From Phoronis australis (lineage: Eukaryota > Animalia > Phoronida), in NCBI GenBank assembly GCA_002633005.1, contig NMRA01000028.1, positions 953,556 through 1,017,555 of the forward strand: a DNA stretch of 64,000 nt. Direction: 5' to 3'. Position numbers and translations under genes: made by a program. Below the pieces are notes generated by a model. That model was not told the origin of the DNA, made no database searches, and saw only the letters and a list, made by a program, of their open reading frames with translations. Positions 52,401 to 61,400 of this stretch are shown one piece after another (position 1 is the stretch's first letter; every line of letters begins with the position of its first letter).

Positions 52401-55400
52401 AAAACTTAGTCATATTTGATTTTCAAGACAGCAGTCCAGTAAACCAAAAAAGCTTTGCCTTTAAACTGGGTCACCACCCATAACCCTCAGTGCTTCATTT
52501 CCATCAGTTATTCATAACTCTTGTACATTTTCTGCTCAGGTGCTGAATGAGTTTTACAGAACACAACGGACTTGATTTGTTATTCCTTCTTTCCCACCAG
52601 TCTTGCATTCACACATTTATCATATTATAATTTTAATTTGTTCTATACTTTTCATTTCTTTAAATTTTTTGGTACTTAAGTGAACTAAAAAATTACAATA
52701 AAAACAATAAACATCGACATCGTTTCTAATACTCTAAACAAGCCTTACCTCATCAACGTATTCAATAATTCCATTGGGCAGGATGATGCCAATCTTCTCA
52801 GCCTGGAGAGACGGACTCAAACGCACACGGAGGCCAGCTGAATAATCAGCAACAAACTTCCTCAGCTGAAACACACAGCAATTAGCATGAAATATATTGG
52901 ATCTCCACAGTACAGCCATTCAGACAACAGCATTATTTGTAACATAAGAAGCCTTGGAAATTGGAAAAGGTCAGAAACGATATCAGGTGCTTGTTTTTGT
53001 CTGAAACTGTTGACATTTTCCCAAGAGCCAGACTGCTGTAACGCAGTTCTGGAGTAAGGTGGGTTAATGTATATGAACCTTCCACAGATGCATTATATCC
53101 AGGTTAGAGCTCATCAGTTGTAGATATGGTACATTAAGATTTGTTGGAGGTTGCACAGTTTGGGGTTATCCAAAGTACACATGATAACAATACAGCGTCC
53201 TATGTCAACCAACAGGACAGTTAAAACTTGCCTTCTTAGGTTTGTTGGCTTGTTTTGTGATCTGCGACTGAGAAGGAGGGTAGACTCCAGCTGGAGGGTC
53301 TTTTACCTCCACACGGTAGATTTCACCTGGAATAGAAATACGGACATGAACAACAGGTGGGGCGATGAAACCATCCAGAAACACATCAAGCAGAAATAAT
53401 CCTGGCACTTATTATACAACAATGCACAAATAAATACTACATCACTCATGAAGCATATATTTCTAGGAGCCGCAACAAAGATGATGTGAGTTAAGGTGAT
53501 ATATAAATCACTACTAGCAGTGTTTTCACTGATGAAAACATGCCTAAAACCAACCACTAAGAGAAAAAAGCCATAGTGTATCCACAAATGAAGGCATAAA
53601 TGTTGTACCACCTTGTACATAAACTTCTCAGTCATAGAGTACCCATCAATGACAGCATAGATACTCACTCTACCACCTTGTACATGTTGGACCCAATGAT
53701 GGCATAAACATTGTACCATCCTGTACATAAATTTCCCAGTCATAGAGTACCCATCAATGACAGCATAAATACTCACTCTACCACCTTGTACATGTTGGAC
53801 CCAATGATGGCATAAATATTGTACCATCCTGTACATAAATTTCCCAGTCATAAAGTACCCATCAATGACAGCATAGATATTTACTCTACCACCTTGTACA
53901 TGTTGGACCCAATGATGGCATAAATATTGTACCATCCTGTACATAAATTTCCCAGTCATAGAGTACCCATCAATGACAGCATAGATACTCACTCTACCAC
54001 CTTGTACATGTTGGACCCAATGATGGCATAAATATTGTACCATCCTGTGCATAAATTTCCCAGTCATAGAGTACCCATCAATGACAGCATAGATACTCAC
54101 TCTACCACCTTGTACATGTTGGACCCAATGATGGCATAAATATTGTACCATCCTGTACATAAACTTCTCAGTCATAGAGTACCCATCAATGACAACACGG
54201 ATGCTGTGCCACCCTGTACACGCTGCACCCGCACAGATTGCCCTTCAATGACATAAATATTGTACCAACAACTTACCCATAGAGTAGCCATCAATGATGG
54301 CGTGTATATTGTACCACCCTGCTCTGGATGGTGTCCAGTTGGCCAACACTGTCCCATCGTGATTTGGACGCACTAGCATGTTCTCACTGGGACGACGACT
54401 GCCAGGTGAAGTGAAGCGAAGCTCTTCAAACGAGTAGTTCTCGTATTCCTGTAAACATGGAACAATGTGAGGTGCACCAACTAACGACAAAACAAGGGAA
54501 ATAAGTAACAGATAAAACACCAGCGTGTACAAGTAGGAATGTGAAGTGTTCACCTGGCCCCAAGCATAATGTGAAGTGTTCGCCTGGCCCCAAGCATAAT
54601 GTGAAGTATTCACCTGGCCCCAAGCATAATATGAAGTATTCACCTGGCCCCAAGCATAATGTGGCTGTCTGCTAAGTTAAATGGGCCTTTTGTTGCTGTT
54701 TAACTGCCAGTGTTGAATTCTAAACTTGTCTGAAGCATTTTGGGGTTTAAAAACATAAAACCAAACTCATTTTTTCTTGAACTATTCTAAAATCAGTTGG
54801 CAAACTCAAGTCAAAGGCAATGTGGACTTTAGAAGTATAGCAGTTTTAGGGTTGGACAAACTCAATACGCCTTGACGCACTTCCTTGAGTTGTTATATTC
54901 TTGTTGGTAAATAAAATCGAGTCCAATTTTTTGTGAACAATGATTTCTGGCAAGTAATCCAACTAGGGGTCATTTTGATGTGGTGTTTGAGTTGATACAG
55001 GAAACAAAATAGCTGGACAGGGTTAAGCTTGGGTGATTACAATTTGGCCATAGTTTAACCATTGAGTTGACATGTTCTAACCTAAATCTGGAATTGCCTT
55101 TGGGAAAGTACAAGACTAAACCTTTGACTTGACACTACTTTGATCAAACTCCAATGCGCTGATTTGATGAGATCAGAGAAAACATCCTTTACCAATTAAG
55201 ATTTAAATGATCTTGACACTTCTATTGACAGACGAACAGTTCTTACCGGCATCATAGTGATGGCGTGGAATCTGTCCTTGTTCTCGCGTATCGTCATCTG
55301 GTAAGGTACACTAACATTGGGAACACTGTGACCGCCATACAGGACACTACCACCCAGGTCTACAGGCATGGGCTCCTCTGTACGGCCACCATCACCATCC

Positions 55401-58400
55401 CTCTTCTCCATGGGGACAGCTTTCACTTGTACCTGACAACAAACACTGTAACGTTATCACTCCTAACCATTAACTTCAGAAGAAAAGTTCCATTTTATAC
55501 GATGAAAAACGCTCAGTTGAGTGAGTTACCATAAATGTAATACAGCAGATGACAAGAGCATCTCTTTTCATTTTACCAATCCCCCGGGGTACAGCGGAAC
55601 GGAGCTTGCGATAGGTCAATCCCCTGGGGTATACATTATTCGTAAATAACTTAACAAGACAAAGCTTCGAAAATTTGTAAATTCCCCATTGTAGACATGT
55701 TCAAGACAGCATGACTTACCTTAACGTTTGGTACATTGACAGGGTTACAATACTGATCCCTTAGCTGTATGGTGACAGAACAAGGCCAGTTTGACCGCAG
55801 TTCATCTTTGTTGTAGATCAGTTCACACTGTCTGGGGTCAAGGCGAGGCTCTGGTTGTAACCACCTGTAGAGAGAAGACACCAAGTACAATAAAACTAAA
55901 ATTATTAACTGAAGCAAGACCACACAAGATCCACGAAGAGTAAAACCAGACCCCCACAGAGTAAAGCAAGACGTCACCAGTCATTCAATCATACAAATGA
56001 CAACTACTCATTGCACAGCTGGTCACAAGCATCGTATGCACAACCAGCTGTTTTGAATGTAGCCTGGATAAAGTGACTGGTGGCATATCTGCATACAATC
56101 ACCTATAATTATAGTACTCCTCAATGTAACAATTATAGTGTACAGTGCCCTATATAATACAATGCACAGTATGTTATATTAGTACAATGAACAGAATGCT
56201 ATATAGAACAATGATGTGGTGCTACAAGATAATATGTAATTACCTCGCTAATCTGCCACCAGTCGTGTTTTTGGCACCAGCAATGAAGTCTTGAAGAAAT
56301 GACCTCTCGCTGGAATGGATGTCAAGGGGCAAGGTGCCCTCCAGGGCTTGAGTTACTGTGGGCGGTTGGCTGAGAGCGAACCCTTTACTCAGCAGAGTCT
56401 TGTGCTCTTGGAATATCTGCAGAGTGAGCAAGAGAGTGATAATTGTCAGTGAAAGACTTCAGTGAAAATAGTACATTGCAATCTACACTATGTGGATTTG
56501 CACCGACAAATACTGAGAATCTTCTAGAATAAATCAATTTTAACAGGCCATAAAAGAAACATTAAGGTACAGGAGTTTATTATGATCAAAAGTTATGTAT
56601 AAAATACATTAGACTTTCTTTTAAAGAACCACAGATCACAAGCTATGTTGAAGTCTATTTCCCAAAATCAAGAAAATTAACAATCATGTCTGATCAACTG
56701 TTCGCTAATAAAGACTTTGCCTCCTCCCACCTAACAATGTCTATACCCTGCTCCTAACAGAAGAAAACCAAACACAATTGTCGTTAACATTTCGTACTTA
56801 CGTATTACATAAATGAGACTAATGCTTCAGTGAAGTTCAGTTCATCACCCTCAAGGAGTACATCAAACCACAACAACTGAACCAAAACTCAATTGAAAAA
56901 TAGTATGCATAAATAAATACAAAATGTTAACAACAACTATGATGCATTTTCTACTACTTGTATAGCCCAAAACCAATATGGTCAATACCCCCTGACATTG
57001 TCTACACTCACCTATCATTGTCTACACTCACCTATCAATGTCTATTAATAATCTAACAATGTGTATACCCACCTTCTTAGCTCCTTTCTCAACCATAAAC
57101 AGGTCTTCTTCAAGTTCTTCACTTGATGCTGAAGAGAATGAAGACAAGAGCAGTCTTAATAACAAATCAAAGTATAGAGTGCCTGTCTCCAGGGTGTTGC
57201 ATCATTTAAGACAGATTAAGACTGCACAGAGCTCTAGATCAGAATAAATCAGCATTCAGCCATGAGTAAACCAATCTCCTTGCTCATAACTCACAATAGC
57301 CCCCACTCTACACTCACACGTGTGTGTGTAGTGCAATCTCCTTGCTCATAACTCAGAATAGTCCCCACTCTTTACTCACCCGTGGGTAGTCCAATCTCCT
57401 TGCTCATGATGGCGGCTGCACACATGCCTCCCAAGTAAGACAATTCCTTCTCCAGTAACAAGATCCCTTCCATCGTCTTATTGGTCCACTCATATCCAAA
57501 TACAGCACACTTGAAGCCATAAGAAGAAGCCTTGTCATTCTTGGCGTAGTCGGACGCCGTCTCCAGGGAGAAGGTCAGCTCGTTACCTTAGGAGGGAAAC
57601 ATAACATTTCAAACAACTTAAGACATGTACCTGTATTTTAGATGAAGCTTCAATGTCCCACAGGTGTTCAAAGAAAAATTAATCACGGTCTGAAAACAAC
57701 ATTGTACCGGCACGATTAAATAAAACTGCAAGGAAATGGCAATGTTGTTTGACAATTATTTATTTTAAAAAAAAATCCAATTCAAGAAGAAAGGCAAGTT
57801 ATTAATTTTAGTTTTCCAGTATTTACCATCATCCTCACTGTAGCTGTTATAGCCAGTATTCGTTGCTCACTGGACCATCTCAAACTTATTTGTCTGACAC
57901 TAAAACAATCACTAAACAACAGAAAACTGCAGCTGTAGATGGCAAAGAAAACTAAAATCATCACCATGACAGTGATAAAATCTTCAAATATAATCCAATA
58001 GATACTTAAAAAGTTCACAAGATGACACATTCAAAAAGCACAAACAATTTCCTTCCACCAGGTTGAGACTACCTACCCGGTACAACAGACACTTTTCGCT
58101 GCCAAGTGTTTGAGCCTGTAAACTTCTGCAGAACCTTCCACTGGGATCTGAACTGTTGGAGGTCATCTGTAGACGAGGTCATCTTGGGCTGTAAGGAGGC
58201 CTTGACGGGCACATACAGATAGAGATAGTCCTCCGGCTGGGCAGTGGCTGACTGAGGGTCAAACTCAATGGTCATCCACTTAACTACATCAGGGAATGTG
58301 ACCTGCGACGGCAGAAGATACAGAGCAAAACACTAACATTAGATAATATGAGAAATCAACCGATTGTTATTCATTAAGGAAACATATTGGTCGGAAAGTA

Positions 58401-61400
58401 AACAAACAGGAAGTGTGCTGACCAGACTTAAAAAGATGTTTACAAAGTAATTACATCATTGGTTTGTTGCAGATATTAATTACACAAATGTAAGATATGA
58501 CAGCCCGTTTCGTCATAAGACGCAAGTGCCCTAGTTCAATAACAAAAGTAAAGGAGGGCTACAGAGCCCAGGAATGGTGAATAATCAACCATTTAAATGA
58601 CAAGTTTGTAAAAATGAAAGAAGCCAATCAACATTAAACTATTCATTCACATCAATCCTCAAGAGCCACAGTCAACAATGATAAACTAGTAATGAACAGT
58701 ACTAAGCTCATTTTTGCATATGGTAAATTTTCACCAATTTTGGCCAAAAAACAATTAAATTGCCAAAATTGTTCTTTTTCATGGTGCTAAGGCTTCTAAC
58801 ACCGCTGTGAGTGGCCATAACTTGTCAACACACTATGTGTTGGTAGTTGTGCTGTAGACATTACACAGATGGTGCATTTACTTAGCACTATTCACCTGTA
58901 TGAGAAGATGAAAACCTTCATTTGTTTGCCAAATTATGTCCCACATCAATGACATATTATCACAAACTAAAATCACAACTGCGACATATATTGTGCTCTT
59001 AATAAAAGCGTTTAAGGTCTTCAAAAAGATAGATACAACATAAATAGCCTATATAAGTCAACTCTAAGCAATTATATATTAGGCTTATAGACTTCACAGT
59101 ATGCAAAATTCTTAAGATTGTATGGAAAAATCCTGAACATATTTTCAAAGGTGCTTCAAAAGTTTATATTAAAAAAGTTGGACTTAGATTTTCCTATACA
59201 AGTCTCCCAGTCCCCCATTTGCTTTCAACGATCATCTCACCAATACTTAATTTTTCAAAATCTTACAACTAACATTCATAATGGGTTGACATAAATTTAT
59301 GTCACATATTAAAGTATGGAGATGGTATAGTCCAGACCCTTCACACCAAAGATGTCTACAACATCATACCTTGTAGCTAGTAATAGTCGAAGGTTTGTAT
59401 GGGTGATCACTCTCCACTACAGCATAGTGCTGAGCAGTCGTTGACAAGTCGACACCACCGTCACCAGCAAAACTGGACTGAGGACCCGGCTGGGCGCCAG
59501 CGTTCATACAGAGCGTGACAACAGGTGGCATGATGTGCTGTATCAAGGTGAGCACGTGTACAGCACTCTGGAAGGAGGGTGTTGATATATAACCATCACT
59601 AGGCAATGCAATATAATGTAAAAACAGTGCATCAGGTACAACAATGTCGCTAGAAGACAGCTGCATGGATGACAAGAACAGAATGAAGAAACTGCCGTGA
59701 AATACTGCACGAAATACACTTTTCACGTAATTGAATCTATTTCAAGATATTACCCTATGATTATAAGTTTCGTTCACGAATTTGTGAAAACCCAAAAACA
59801 AAGCTGGTTAAGTCCATGTTACTTCATAGTAAGACATCAAAGGTCAAATTACAAAGGTCTAAAACAGGTGTGATTGGGTACAATAAACAATAAACCATAA
59901 GATTTAGTGAACAGATGTTACCCTAGGGTCCTCGCAGGCCACAGGTCCGACATAAGCCAGCACCATGGGTAGGAGAGAGGAGAACAAGTGAGTGGAAGCG
60001 AGACGAGCCAACAGCTTCTTCTCATCTGCAATACAGGAAGTGGAACATCTACACCAACTGGACTCCATGTATTACACAGCTAGATAGAGACAAATTATGA
60101 TAAAACATTTAGAAGTCTTCTTCATAAGGGACAATGAAACTTGTCAGAAAAAGTGAAGAAGTCTTTAAATTCATCTTTAATGACTGCCATTATTATTCGC
60201 TTCAAGTGCATGAAAATAATCTCAAATGCCTAGGAAAAAACAAAAAATACTCATTTTAATAACTTTTTTGAAGTTACAGCCTTGAACACATAAAAATTGT
60301 TTCAACCATTTTTCTATTCCACAAAAAATCAACACAATGAAGCCATAAAAACATCCAAAAAGGAGACGATATCCTGCAGTCAATTCAATTACAATATACC
60401 ATGCCAATGGAATACAACACTTTATCACCATTCTTACATACACTAAACTCTTGTGAAAATGCCTACATCAGACAAATAAAGGCACATTAGACTTACTCCA
60501 AAGAGACCGACATTAAAATAAGGTAGATAGTATACTCCACATAAAATAAGGTAGATTGTACACTACACATAAAGGTAGATAGTACACTCCAGTTAAGATG
60601 ATACCTTGCAGAGACTGTGCTCTCACTAGTATGTCCGCCGCTCCACGTATAACGCTGCTCGCAATGGTGACGGCATTCTTACGTGACTGATACTGAACAT
60701 ACTGCCGACGTGTTTCTTCATCCTCACTTTCAGGGGCGCTGAAACCACCATGTCATTAACTAACAGTTCAGCTCCATGATCAATTACATCAGGCAAGCAC
60801 AAAATCTCCAAATTTTCAAGCCCAGCTAAGACTGGATCTTAACATAGTATGGTTTTTATGTATGTTGACTTTCTGCCAAAATGAAATGGTCACCCAAGAG
60901 AGTTGAATTGTGTGTCTTTGTGATGCAATAAGGAGAGTAGCCAAACACAGTATAGTGTTGTCATCCATTGAAACCTTGATACACCATGCTCAAGTCGACG
61001 GTGTCAAAAAAATGTAAAAACAGTTTTTGAGAGCAGACATCTTTAATTTCACCAAACCTGTCCATCACTAATATCCTACAACTGAAATTTCCCCAGTTAC
61101 AGTGTGTTTTGGTCTTTAAAATGAAAATGTACTTTTATCTTAAAAAGGAATCATTTGAGGAGTAGCACTCACTACTTCAGTTCCTGAACACAAACTAGCA
61201 TTTTAAGAGATCACGAACATGCAACGCTCCCTCCCCTTCCAATCTTAACCTTCCACCATCATACCTGTAGTACAGTATTTGAGGGAGCTGCCCTCTAGTG
61301 TGATTTGTGCCGTTGGTGCTGAGGGAACACGCTGAGAACGTGAAAGTAGTTCCATCTGCGCACTTCACTTTACCCATCCCGCCGTCACCGTTCAGAGTCT

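Noticed and set aside
53303-54175. 290-aa repeat protein ORF
   Set aside because: By-product of a stop-free 108-bp unit copied from the adjacent exon; it lies in an intron and overlaps the next exon out of frame.
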